Shown here piece by piece: positions 6,961-17,900 of a stretch of 24,493 nucleotides of DNA (the stretch's first letter is position 1; the number at the start of each line of letters is the position of its first letter). Source of the stretch: a virus (Duplodnaviria > Caudoviricetes); the IMG/VR virus record IMGVR_UViG_3300044513_003308, positions 1 to 24,493 of that record, one strand, 5' to 3'. The position numbers were made by a program, and so were the translations under genes. Below the pieces are notes generated by a model that worked only from the letters and a program-made list of their open reading frames with translations, did not search any database and was not told the origin of the DNA.

Positions 6961-9027
6961 TTATGCTAACGTAAATTTACCAGATGTAATATAAGTTTCG
7001 TCGATGCCATTGTCTAAGCTAATATAAAATTTAGTATTTTGCATACCTCTAATTCTATTAGCATTTGCCTCATTGATTTTGAACAAGACTTCACCTTCAC
7101 CCATATCAATGTCTTTATTTGATACGTGACTAAATGTTAATTTATTTTCACCCTGACCAAAAGTTAAGATTACTCTCTCTGCATTTTCAAAAGAGACAAA
7201 TGTAATATCGCCGTCTTTTTGCTTTGCAACAACAAATTTGAAATAACAAGTAAATGGTGGAATCTTAATAGAGAGATCATTCTCATTTTTAAACTCACTA
7301 GTTTCAACTTCATTAACATCTTGAGTCATAACATTCTCGTTACCACTATCGAATGTAACGGTTGCTGAACTTGCAACTACGTTGTGTCTTTCTAAAAATG
7401 CAGGTACATATTTAACGCTACGTGGTACAGAATCGGTAATCAAACTTTTGATCACCTTATTACCACTTAAGTTAGGCAGAATATTATAGACTTCAGTTAA
7501 TTGGTTTGGACTATTAATCTTTAGCGCAGCTAATTTTTTGCCGTACTTAGCAGCTTGATTAACCGTTAAACTTGCTCTCTTTACAATTTGTGTATTATCA
7601 GTTTGATTGTAAATTCTCATTGTAACATCAATTGAGAAATTCACAGCTATGTTTGCATTCTTAATAACAGGTCTATAAATAATAGGCTCGTTAAAATCCT
7701 CATACTGAGTAAACGTCAACTCATTTGTCTTTACTTCTGAAGTACCTATCTGTTCAAAAACTGTAACGTCAAATATTGCAATAATATCATCTGAGCTCGT
7801 AGTAATTCTATCTAGTATGTAACCTTCGAACGCTCCAATAGAATTGTCTTTTTCTCCATAAATTCTAAAGTAATCACCATCCTCAGCATCCTCAACAACT
7901 ACTGTAAAATCTTGATATTCATCCTCTCTTGAAACCGTAAACTTATTCTCTTCACCTGTATAAAAGTAGTCAAAACCAGAAACTGTTTCTAACTTATCAA
8001 TTAGTTTAAAACTAACACCGTAATTAGAACTTGGATTTAAATCACTTGATCCAATAGTACCATCTCCATAAAATCTATCAGTAAACTCTTCGTTTTGACC
8101 AACTAGTGAAGGTACTTTAACCTCAATAAATTTAGACCATAGAGTTTCACCTAAAATAAATGGCTTTGGATTTGAGTATTCGTAGTTACTTGTATTTAAG
8201 TATGTTAATTGAGTTAAGTAGTTCTGAATACCACTTGTTCTATCAGTTGCAACTTCAAACAAGAAACCTTCGTAACCTCTAGCTGAAAAACTAAATCCAC
8301 TTTTTAAGTGAAGTCTAATAGTATCATATAGGATATAGTTAACGTTTTGAGTAGCTTCAGTTTGATAATTGATCAAATCTGCTTCATTAGATCCTGGCCA
8401 ACCCGCTCTATTATTGATGTAGTTAAACATTTCATAATAGCCAGTTGAATCATAACCCAACAATGCATATTTAGTCTTTTCACCTGGAACTTGAATTGCA
8501 TGATAGCGACCTAGTGTTTGATTAATATCATTACCAGTATTTTCATCAGGTGAAGCAAACAAAGGATTTGCTCTAGTGTCAACAATAATCTTACCGCCTA
8601 TTAGACCAGTGTAAGAGTACTCAACTGAACCGTTTTGATTAGGAATATATTGACCAATTTGCGTGGCTGCAGAATATGTGTAAATACCTAGTGTACCACT
8701 AATTGTAAATTGACTTGGATCTGGAAGAGCGCTTAAGTCAAACTTATATGTTTTACCATTTTGTAGAAGCAGTGTTCTTGCTGCAAAGTTTTCAACTGCT
8801 AAATAACCGCTAGTTGAAGTCACATCAAAATTTACTACATCGCTACCTAACTCATTAATTAAGTGACGTTGTGCAAACGGGTTGCCGTCTTCGGTATCTA
8901 GAAACTTGACTTCACTGCCATTATCATCAACCTCAATCTTATAAGCATCTGTGTTGCTCTGATCATGGTAGATGAATTCCAGTAAAACATCCTCGTCTAT
9001 TCTAAAAAATCTTGATGATTGTGCCAT
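6961..9027 (-). CDS. Putative virion structural protein (688 aa, acidic, beta-rich)
   Basis: Long ORF in the structural block with tight 1-7 nt gene junctions. No catalytic motif recognised. Confidence 0.6.
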   Translation of the reverse strand: MAQSSRFFRIDEDVLLEFIYHDQSNTDAYKIEVDDNGSEVKFLDTEDGNPFAQRHLINELGSDVVNFDVTSTSGYLAVENFAARTLLLQNGKTYKFDLSALPDPSQFTISGTLGIYTYSAATQIGQYIPNQNGSVEYSYTGLIGGKIIVDTRANPLFASPDENTGNDINQTLGRYHAIQVPGEKTKYALLGYDSTGYYEMFNYINNRAGWPGSNEADLINYQTEATQNVNYILYDTIRLHLKSGFSFSARGYEGFLFEVATDRTSGIQNYLTQLTYLNTSNYEYSNPKPFILGETLWSKFIEVKVPSLVGQNEEFTDRFYGDGTIGSSDLNPSSNYGVSFKLIDKLETVSGFDYFYTGEENKFTVSREDEYQDFTVVVEDAEDGDYFRIYGEKDNSIGAFEGYILDRITTSSDDIIAIFDVTVFEQIGTSEVKTNELTFTQYEDFNEPIIYRPVIKNANIAVNFSIDVTMRIYNQTDNTQIVKRASLTVNQAAKYGKKLAALKINSPNQLTEVYNILPNLSGNKVIKSLITDSVPRSVKYVPAFLERHNVVASSATVTFDSGNENVMTQDVNEVETSEFKNENDLSIKIPPFTCYFKFVVAKQKDGDITFVSFENAERVILTFGQGENKLTFSHVSNKDIDMGEGEVLFKINEANANRIRGMQNTKFYISLDNGIDETYITSGKFTLA

Positions 9028-9034
9028 ATTGTGT

Positions 9035-9844
9035 TTAGAATCTCAAAAATTTAGGTGACCAATACAATCCTACACCGATTGATGGGCCGTAACTAATTAC
9101 TTGATTATTATTTAAGTTTACACCATAACCAACACCAAAACCGATTGACCATCCGGCCTTTTTATCTTGCTTTTGATTCAGTTTAGTATTTATCAGGTTT
9201 ATATTTTCAATGTTAGAGATGGTTAGTCCAGGGTAAGAAGTTGACAATTTAAGTCTATTAGCTCCATCTACTTCTTCAACTGCAGCACTTAGAGAAAGCG
9301 TTTGATCAATGTTGAATTGACTTTGCCCTAGAATTAAAAATCTACCATCTTGGAATCTAACAGTTGAAGATCCGTTCAACGTTCTAGTATTACCATTACC
9401 AAAATCATCACTCTTGTTATATGTAATTAAACCTGTAATTGAGTCTATTTGTGTGACTTGCGATGCAGCTAACAAACTGTCTTTAATAGCTAAATCAGCC
9501 GAAAGTAGTGTATTAACTTTATTTAGATCTTTATTTAGACTAAGTACATTATTGTATTTCTTAATTAAATTATTTTGATCATCTCTTAAATCAGAAATAT
9601 CAAACTCGTAGCTTCTGATTGTAGCCAACATATCACCGTTTTGATTTTGTAGATACGTGACCGAGTCGTTAGCTGCCAAGTAGTTATTAAAATTTCTTTC
9701 AGCATTAGTTTCAGCAATCTTAACATCTTGTCTTAGATCACTAATTTTATCACACTGTTTTAGAAATAAAAGCACAAAAAGGGCTCCAGCAATAAATATG
9801 ATTGCTGATCTACTTAGTTTGATATTTTTGATTTTGTTTAGCAT
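9035..9844 (-). CDS. Membrane-anchored coiled-coil protein with C-terminal amphipathic beta-hairpin (spanin-like candidate)
   Basis: Basic N-terminus, hydrophobic segment AIIFIAGALFVLLFL followed by KQC, heptad-rich middle, and C-terminal WSIGFGVGYG...PSIGVGLYWSPKFLRF ending in Phe. Confidence 0.55.
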   Translation of the reverse strand: MLNKIKNIKLSRSAIIFIAGALFVLLFLKQCDKISDLRQDVKIAETNAERNFNNYLAANDSVTYLQNQNGDMLATIRSYEFDISDLRDDQNNLIKKYNNVLSLNKDLNKVNTLLSADLAIKDSLLAASQVTQIDSITGLITYNKSDDFGNGNTRTLNGSSTVRFQDGRFLILGQSQFNIDQTLSLSAAVEEVDGANRLKLSTSYPGLTISNIENINLINTKLNQKQDKKAGWSIGFGVGYGVNLNNNQVISYGPSIGVGLYWSPKFLRF

Positions 9845-10563
9845 ATTTTTTTATTTTGTTTAACAAATTAACCCCTCGGGCCGTCGCTACACGAATCAGC
9901 TTGTGTTAATGTACCAGTGAGTGTGTATGTTACACTTGAATCGTCAGGTCTAGCAATAACTAAATCATTTAAAACTAAACTGTACGGTGGACATCCACCG
10001 CTATCATTACTAGTAATAAACATGCTACCATATGTGTTTCCACCCGCAACTGTGCCATGCGCAAATGAAACGTCTACTCTAGTATCTTTTGATACAACTA
10101 CAGGTACTTCATTATTTGAACTTCCACTATATTCATAAGAATATGTAACGCTGCCTGTCCCGGCTCCACCTTGGAAATCACTTAGATTATAAGAAGTTAC
10201 TAAACTACCACCACTTTTAACAAGAAGCGTCCCGGTTGAAGTTGCAGTTGGCGTCGGCGTTGCAGTTGGTGTTGCAGTTGGAGTAGCAGTTGGCGTTGTG
10301 TTATTTGTAGCCGCAGCTTGACTCACGCTAATAGTATCACTAGTTACACCATCTTCATGTGTTACTGTTAACGTAGCACTTCTACTTGTATTCCCTGTGT
10401 TGTCAGCAATTTCAATATTCCAACTATCAGAAGTACCCTGTTGGGTAATTGTAATCCAACTTGAAGCTGGGTTAGTCCAAGTATAACTATTTCCTGAAGG
10501 TTGTATGTTTATTGTTCTCGTATATGTGTAAGCCATTTACTTATTTTTTTATTTTGTTTAACA
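9844..10563. repeat. Exact 22-bp direct repeat flanking the BACON gene (copies 9844-9865 and 10542-10563)
   Basis: TATTTTTTTATTTTGTTTAACA is present identically at both positions. A degenerate third copy lies at 9823-9843. Confidence 0.9.
9868..10536 (-). CDS. BACON (Ig-like) domain protein with Pro/Thr linker and a second beta-sandwich-like domain
   Basis: Residues 1-75 (SWITI...ADNTGNTSRSATLTV...TISVSQ) fit the BACON pattern. A TPTATPTATPTATPTPTAT linker follows (about 10234-10299). Confidence 0.72.
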   Translation of the reverse strand: MAYTYTRTINIQPSGNSYTWTNPASSWITITQQGTSDSWNIEIADNTGNTSRSATLTVTHEDGVTSDTISVSQAAATNNTTPTATPTATPTATPTPTATSTGTLLVKSGGSLVTSYNLSDFQGGAGTGSVTYSYEYSGSSNNEVPVVVSKDTRVDVSFAHGTVAGGNTYGSMFITSNDSGGCPPYSLVLNDLVIARPDDSSVTYTLTGTLTQADSCSDGPRG

Positions 10564-10574
10564 TATTAACCATT

Positions 10575-11948
10575 TTACCTTATGACATCACCGCCATCAT
10601 CATTTGGTGCTGTAAAGCTAATGTAAAAACTATCAGTAATATTAACACCAGTAACTTGAACTTCTTGTGTTGCACTTTGTATTAAACTTGCCATTTGCCA
10701 TACACTAATAGTACCTGTCCACGTTGATGTTCCGGTCTCTGGGTTTGACCCTGACATAGTTGGCGATGAAACTGAATATCCATCAGGAATAATTAAACTA
10801 GGCGCAGAAGTAATAGTAGGAGTTACAGGACTCATAAGCTCACTTAATACGATAGTATAACCAACTGTTGCTGGACTAGTTGAAGATGTATTATTAACGC
10901 TTAACGCATTACCAGCCGTAACATAATCATCAATGGTAAAACTAGTTTGTGATACTACAGGAGTCGGTGTTGGCGCTGGTGTCGCAGCAACCGTTGCAGT
11001 AGGTGTTGGAGTTGGAGTTGGTGTCGCAGCAACCGTTGCAGTTGGCGTTGGCGTTACACCTGAAAATGGTGATCCATCTGCGTTTGCGTTAATGTCTCCG
11101 CCATTAATGGTAATAGAATTGCTAACTGCAGCCCCACATGGCGCTATACAGAATTCTGTCCAACCACCGTCACTTAAGTAACCTTCAAATGTATCGTTCG
11201 TAGAATTATATCTAATCATACCAACATCTGGTGTTAAAGGATCTGTATCTGAAAGTTTTACATAACCTTTAAATTCAGCGTTAGCATCGACATCTACAAT
11301 ACCACTTGTAGCTTCTAGTTTTAAGTTATTAGCACCTGTTGATTTTAGGGTCAAACCAGCTGCCGTAATAGAAGTTGTATCAGTCGAATCTAAATCGATT
11401 CTATTTGTATTAATAGCAACCTCAATATTCGATTGTCCAAACTCATTTTGAATAGCAAATCTAGTGTATTGACTTACTGAATCATAGTTACTCGTTAACG
11501 CTAACTTAGCATTAATAGGATCTGTATCGTCTATTAGTGTAATGAAATTGTCAAAGCTACCAGTTTGTTTTTTGACTGTAATCTTAGCGTTTAGTGCAAT
11601 CTCACCGTTTTGTGCAAACGTTTCATCGAATGATTCATCACCAACATAAATAATAGGTGAAGAATTTAAACCTAATCTTCTAGGCTTTAAAAGTTTGTAG
11701 TCTACCATGTCGATAGAGTACCAAGGACCTGAATCACCCGTATTACCCTTTTCACCAGTTGAACCGGTGTCACCTTTCTCACCTTTTTGGCCAGTTAAAC
11801 CTACATTGCCTTGCAGACCCTTCTCACCTTTTTGACCAGCTGGACCACCGCCATTTGACAAGATTTGATCAAAGTTGTAATTAATCTTTCCAAACTTAAT
11901 AGCGTCCGAATCGCTAGGATGTAATATTTCTTGAATATTGATTGCCAT
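10575..11948 (-). CDS. Collagen-like tail fibre / baseplate-attached appendage protein
   Basis: N-terminal SDSDAIKFGKINYNF resembles baseplate/fibre anchor motifs. It has 14 Gly-X-Y triplets, the fibre motif GMIRYNSTNDTFEGY...GW, a Pro/Thr linker and a Ser/Thr-rich C-terminal domain. Confidence 0.75.
   Translation of the reverse strand: MAINIQEILHPSDSDAIKFGKINYNFDQILSNGGGPAGQKGEKGLQGNVGLTGQKGEKGDTGSTGEKGNTGDSGPWYSIDMVDYKLLKPRRLGLNSSPIIYVGDESFDETFAQNGEIALNAKITVKKQTGSFDNFITLIDDTDPINAKLALTSNYDSVSQYTRFAIQNEFGQSNIEVAINTNRIDLDSTDTTSITAAGLTLKSTGANNLKLEATSGIVDVDANAEFKGYVKLSDTDPLTPDVGMIRYNSTNDTFEGYLSDGGWTEFCIAPCGAAVSNSITINGGDINANADGSPFSGVTPTPTATVAATPTPTPTPTATVAATPAPTPTPVVSQTSFTIDDYVTAGNALSVNNTSSTSPATVGYTIVLSELMSPVTPTITSAPSLIIPDGYSVSSPTMSGSNPETGTSTWTGTISVWQMASLIQSATQEVQVTGVNITDSFYISFTAPNDDGGDVIR
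10977..11042. repeat. Exact 24-bp direct repeat within the Pro/Thr linker (10977-11000 and 11019-11042)
   Basis: TGGTGTCGCAGCAACCGTTGCAGT occurs twice, 42 bp apart, encoding TATVAATP on the minus strand. Confidence 0.9.
11721..11846 (-). repeat. Collagen-like (Gly-X-Y)14 repeat
   Basis: GPA GQK GEK GLQ GNV GLT GQK GEK GDT GST GEK GNT GDS GPW. Confidence 0.92.
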
Positions 11949-11949
11949 T

Positions 11950-14900
11950 TTATGACTTTATTTTTATAACAGGTCTAATATCATAAGAATAACCTAATCT
12001 TTTATTATATATCAACCTAAAATTCATTGGCTTTTGGATGTGAGATCTATAAGCATAATTATTTTGATCTTGCGTAAAGCCACCCTCAGTTACGAGCGCA
12101 ACATCATTTATAGTTACAATTTTAGAATCATCACCCTTAAACTTCTTAGTATAAAGATCAACTTCATCTAAAACGTAATTATTAATCAAGTTATTTTTAA
12201 CATATAGTTCAGCATCGTCACTAAGCGTCTCTTTGTTACCTGCTGAATTTTCAACAGTAACGTATTTAGCAATAGTTGCTGCAACGCCTTCTGAAATCAT
12301 CTTTTTAGATAAAACGTCTGAGATATAGAAATCAGCAATAATATTAGAGTCATTTTCAAAAATAACAACATCTGTTGCATTATTACCATCCAATAGAATT
12401 TGATCTAATTCTTCTTCTGAACCAACTCTAGACCACGTGTAATCTAATAGTGTATAAAGCTCTTTTGGCTTCATAATTGTTGACGCTAAATAAGAACGTT
12501 CTTCTTTGGTCTCAAATGTACCTGGAACTGTAATAGATTCTCCACCAGCCAATGATCTGTTATAGTAATCAAAATCCCAAGAAGACCTAAATACATTAAC
12601 GTCTTTCTTATCAATTGCAACTTCACCGATTAGCGGGTAAAGAGGTGATTTATCACTAGTCGTAGATAGTTTAGTAACACCAGCTGGATTGATCTCATTT
12701 ACTTTGTGATAGAAATGGTTTTTAATTATACCCCAATTTCCATCGTGATTTCCATTGTCTTGAATAAAACCTAAGTTAAATGCAACACCACATCTATTAT
12801 ATCTGTTGTAGTATGCCTTAGCTCTATTAACCTCTGACAAATCACGCTGTGAATGTTTGTATAAAACTTCTTCAAACTTCCACTCATTATCATTAGAAGT
12901 TACTTGATTTCTATCAACTTTAAAATGCGTATATACGTCAGTAAACGTTACTACCGGATTTAGATCAATTGTATAGCTTCCGTTATGTCTGATTAAGAAT
13001 GGGAAATACTCTTCGCCTTGAACAATATTATAGCCAATATTACCTTTAAACAATTTATAGCTTTTAGGTTTATCATTGTCTTCCTCTAATGTTAAATAAG
13101 ACTTAGTTACAATTTCATTACCATCGCTAAAGTTAATCACAAATCTATTGTTCAATGGAGTACCATCTTCTTCGATTGTCGTGTATGTAATTAAATTGTT
13201 ATTTAAGTTAACTAAATCTGCTACGTTTCCAGCCGTTAATTCTTCTAAAATAGTTTTATGTGCGTTTGCTCCTCCACCAATGTAAGTGTAAACTGCTTGA
13301 GATTGAACAGAAGATGGCAAGAACTCAACTTGTAAAATATCAGTATCATCATTGATATTAACCGGCTTACCGCTAACAATCAATGTACTATCAGACTCTA
13401 CTGAAACAACGCTAATCTTATATGTTGTTTGATTAGCAGTTTGTGGGAAAATATCAATGTAAATATCACCGTAAAGCCCACCTTCACCTAAAGCAACTTG
13501 ACTTTCAAAGTTAGGTTGGCCACCATTATAGTGTGAAATGCCTTGAATTGTGTAAGGGCCTTCGCTATTCCAATCAATATTTGGATCATTTAGTTTTAAC
13601 GCACCCTCAATTGGTGTATTAGCATAAATGTAATCATCTTCTAGTGTATCATATACAATTTTATGATTCAATTCATACAGAAGTTTTCTATTCATATTAC
13701 CTTTAACCCAATACTCACTTAAGTTTAGTGTAATAAAGAATATTACAAACTTAAACTTCTTGTTTTGGATAACTTCAAACTCAATACTATTAGTATCAAC
13801 GTCTTCATTAACCTTCAATAAAGTACTAAACTTATAGCCATTAAATTGATTGCCTTTTACAAATTCACTTGCAGTTTCATTTACAAACTCCTTTCTATTC
13901 TTAAAGTCAACCTTAATTCCCTTAAATATTGTACTAGCAAAAGACACATCGTTTCCACCTGAAACAATAGAGTATTTTTTAGCTAATTCGGTTTTAATAA
14001 ATGAATTAATAGTTTCGTCAATTGAATTAAGTTCATTATCGCCAACTTCAATGTTATCATAGATTGCAATAAGATCTTCTCTAGTTAATGACTTTTCAAA
14101 ACCATCACTAATCATAAACTTATCAAAGTAGTTATACTTAACACTCTTAAACATATTAGGCGTTAAGCTGAATCCTTCAATAAAGTTTACATAACTAAAT
14201 GTATCATTGTATTGATCATATCTTAAATACTTTGGCATCTTTTCTATATAGAACCACTCGTGTGTCATTGCATCTTTATCACGCTCAGAAACTGTTAAAT
14301 CTGGTGCAAAATTAGTTCTACCAAATGCCTCATTCGCATTCAAATAATATGGTTGTTCTCTAACAGTCACTGAGTTTTTAAGAACCCATTTATTAATGTT
14401 TGGAGCAACTCTTGATCTGTTAGCAAACTCTTTTACTTGATTCTCTTTAAGTCTATCAAATTCACTTGTAATCTGTTTAGCTGTCACCTCATCAACTGAC
14501 TCTTCTTCTAGTAAGTCAGACAAGTTAGAGAAGTATTCTATCGGATCTAAACTAAAGTCATCATCAAAGATGTCTCTACTGCCTAGGGCAGAAGTTTCAG
14601 TACCTGTGTCAATGTCAACGCTATTTAAAGCATTTTCATATGGTTCATAATTAATCTCACTTCTAGTTTCATGGACTAATTCTTTTAGATCAGAATTTGA
14701 AGTATCATAAAAGTCAAAGTTCATATCATATATGTTATATGCTGAGAATAAGCCCATGTAGATTTCATTCTCATAGAACACGTTAGCTTCACCTTCTTTT
14801 AAGTCGTTCTTGTCCTCTAAAATAATTTTAGAATACTGACTATTTGGCCTAGTAATATCTTCAGCAATATCTACGACTTTATTGTAAACACCACTATATC

Positions 14901-17900
14901 TGGTTTCAACGTAATCATCTATACTAATTTCACTAATAGTTTCGTTATTGACAAAAATCGATTTTCCAGCTGAATTACCACCGCTTAAGTAATATGCATC
15001 ATACTTTTCTAGAATTGATGTACCGTCTGGTGTTTGATTAGCTTCGGGTTTTCTCAATGTTAAGATATTAGCAAAGTCTCTGTTTTCTACGTCAATAAAA
15101 TCAATAGTGTTATTCTTAGAAACCAAGAATGCTGATTGTAGTAGTTTATAACCAGGAACAGTACTTACAATGTATACGTTAGTTCCTATGTTATACGCTC
15201 TAAAGTTAGACTCATTTGCATTAATACATGCTGCTAATGCTACTGCAACGTCAGTTGTACTACCTTGATTTGAGAATCTTAAGCCACTAAATTTACCAGG
15301 TTGAATAGAATACTCTGCAAAATAGACATGATTTTGGAAATCAACGCTAGTTTGAATTCTAGTGTTTTTAATAATACAAGTACCACTAGAAACAATATCC
15401 ATTGAAAGCTCACCTAAGTTAGCTCTTTTTTCAGTTAAGTAGAACGAGTCATCGTCAAATGAAATATCAACATAATCAGAAATGTCCTCATTGTTAAATG
15501 CGGTTTCAGTTGCAATAAATGTTGCATCTAAATCCACTTCAGTTTGTACAGTAAATGTATATAAATCAGTGTCGTTAACTAAAGAGAATGTAAGACTTTG
15601 ATTCGAAACGTGTTTAACAAACTTAAATCTATTAGCCTCTTCTTTAATTACGCTTACAGCAATAGAGTCATTTGTGTTAGGAACTTCTGCAACACTCATC
15701 TTAACAAAATCATAGCCATGTTCAACATTCGCTAGCATATCAATTGATTTACCTTTACGCTTAATACCAGTGTAGTTAGGGATCTGATGTAGGCTGTCTT
15801 CAATTGCAACCTTAGATTCGTTTGCATTATAATAAGTATCTGTTGATAGTCTAAAGAAATTCCCGTCAACTTTAGCATACGCCAAAATAGGCATAGACGA
15901 AATCATTTTGTAAGAAGGTATTGCAGTTTTAGGATTGCTAGCATCAACATAAGATGTTAGTTCTTTAAACTCATGAACCTTACCATTAATATTAAATATT
16001 CTACCTTTACCTGAATCTATATCATCAACATAAAGTCCAAAATATCTATTAGCTGAATAATCATTAGCTGATTCATCACTAAATAAGAATTCTAAATTAA
16101 TCACATTTGCTGAAGCTACTTGATTTCTTCTAAATCCATCAGTAATAAAATCGTTTGCTTCAATCAATGGTTTATCAGTTAACGTAAAGTCTTTATATAG
16201 ATATTCGCCTTTATTTGTAAATCCACCTTTAATTAAATCAATGCCATTATATGTAGACTTTTCGTTCTTTTCGAACGACATTGTTATTGGAGAAGTTGGG
16301 AACGTTTCGTTCTGAACGTGATTTCTTAGGTACTTTCCAATAGTTGAGTTAGTAGTTAAGTCAAATGTTTTAACAATCTCTGCGTTCTTCAACATACTCT
16401 GAATGCGACCAAAATTGTCAGCAGCTGAATCAGTATAGTTGATCACAGTTGAAGGATTTTTAACCTTAAAGATTACAAAGTTTTTAGGAATGTTTTTATC
16501 TATCCAAATTGGAGCAAACATTCTAAACTCTTCATCATGTAACTTAGAGTAATTGTATGTTGTACCATAATGATAAGCCTCTTCTATTTGCTTGTCATAT
16601 GAGTCTTGAACTGTTAAGTCAGAATAGTCTCTCTTAGTTGCAAACATAATCTCGTTTGGAGTTCTGTTTACATTAAAGAATCTAGCTAAGTCATACGAAT
16701 ATTGACCGGTTTCACTCACTGGAAACTTCTTATATTCAACTGCAGCCAATTCTTTAGTTGCGTTAATAGATTCTAAATAGAGTTTATATGTCGAGCTAAC
16801 TACTAATTTAGCGTTAGTTGTTAGTTTTGGGTTTGTTCTAAGCAACGGCTTAGAAACGTTATCTAACTTGTAGTTTGTTTCTGTTTTAAAGTTAGGGTTT
16901 AACTGAGATAATTGTGCATCTTCTACGAACGGGAACTCATAGGATCCAATAGAATTATCATTTGTACAGTCATAACAGTTTGTGAACATTTCAATTGTTT
17001 GTTCACTCGCTAAACCAATATCTGCTGGGTTTACTGCCGCAATTTCAACATCACTGTAAGTTGATTCGTAGCCAACATTCTTAAGCGTTTGAACTGCGTC
17101 ATTAATATCTTCAGCATAAATTTTATGCATATATTGCATACAATCGCCGAAACCACTAGACCTAAAATATCCACTAGGATTATCTACTTTTAGTTGATCA
17201 ACGAAGTCCTTAACGTAACTTGTCCCTAATTCGTTGTGTTCATGTGAACCATCTGGATTAATAACATGTTCAATGTCATATAGACCATCAACAACGTACA
17301 ACTGCCAATAATTAGAAATTACTCCAGTGTCATTGTCAGTTTCAAAATATGGTGCACACATTAAGAACGCATAGAACACATTAGTGTCATTTACATTAGA
17401 ATTCCATTCTAAATCTTCATTTAGAACAACAGTAGGTCTAACATATGAATCACAGTTTCCAAGTTGAGTTGCATTTACACCCTCAACAAACTGAAGACCG
17501 TCCTGCGTAAGATCAAATGCATACCAATCAAAATTAACTCCATCACCTTCATTGTTCCAGACTGCATACGCATCAGAAGTTCCGAAAGCTCCGGTTGGCC
17601 ACATGTCACTGATTAACTCTCGTTGAGCACCGGTTAATGACATATAAATTGGAGTGTTGCTTTGAACAAGTTCTAATAGAGTTTTAGAAGAGCTACCTCC
17701 TGTTTCGTCTTGAGCAACCGGATACCATAAACTACCATTTTGGAAAGAACCCTCACATATATTGTAAATATCAGTTGGATCGCCAATTGGAATTTGAACG
17801 TTAGTTAATTCATAGTAATCATAAGCAATTGGTTCTGGACACTTCCAAATAAGAGAACCTGTTGTTGGGTCTACGACCCATGAATTCGCTGTCGATCTTT

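Noticed and set aside
9844-11042. CRISPR array or diversity-generating retroelement suggested by the short repeats
   Set aside because: Only two exact copies of each repeat, no regular spacers, no adenine-specific TR/VR pair seen, and no cas or reverse transcriptase gene in the window.
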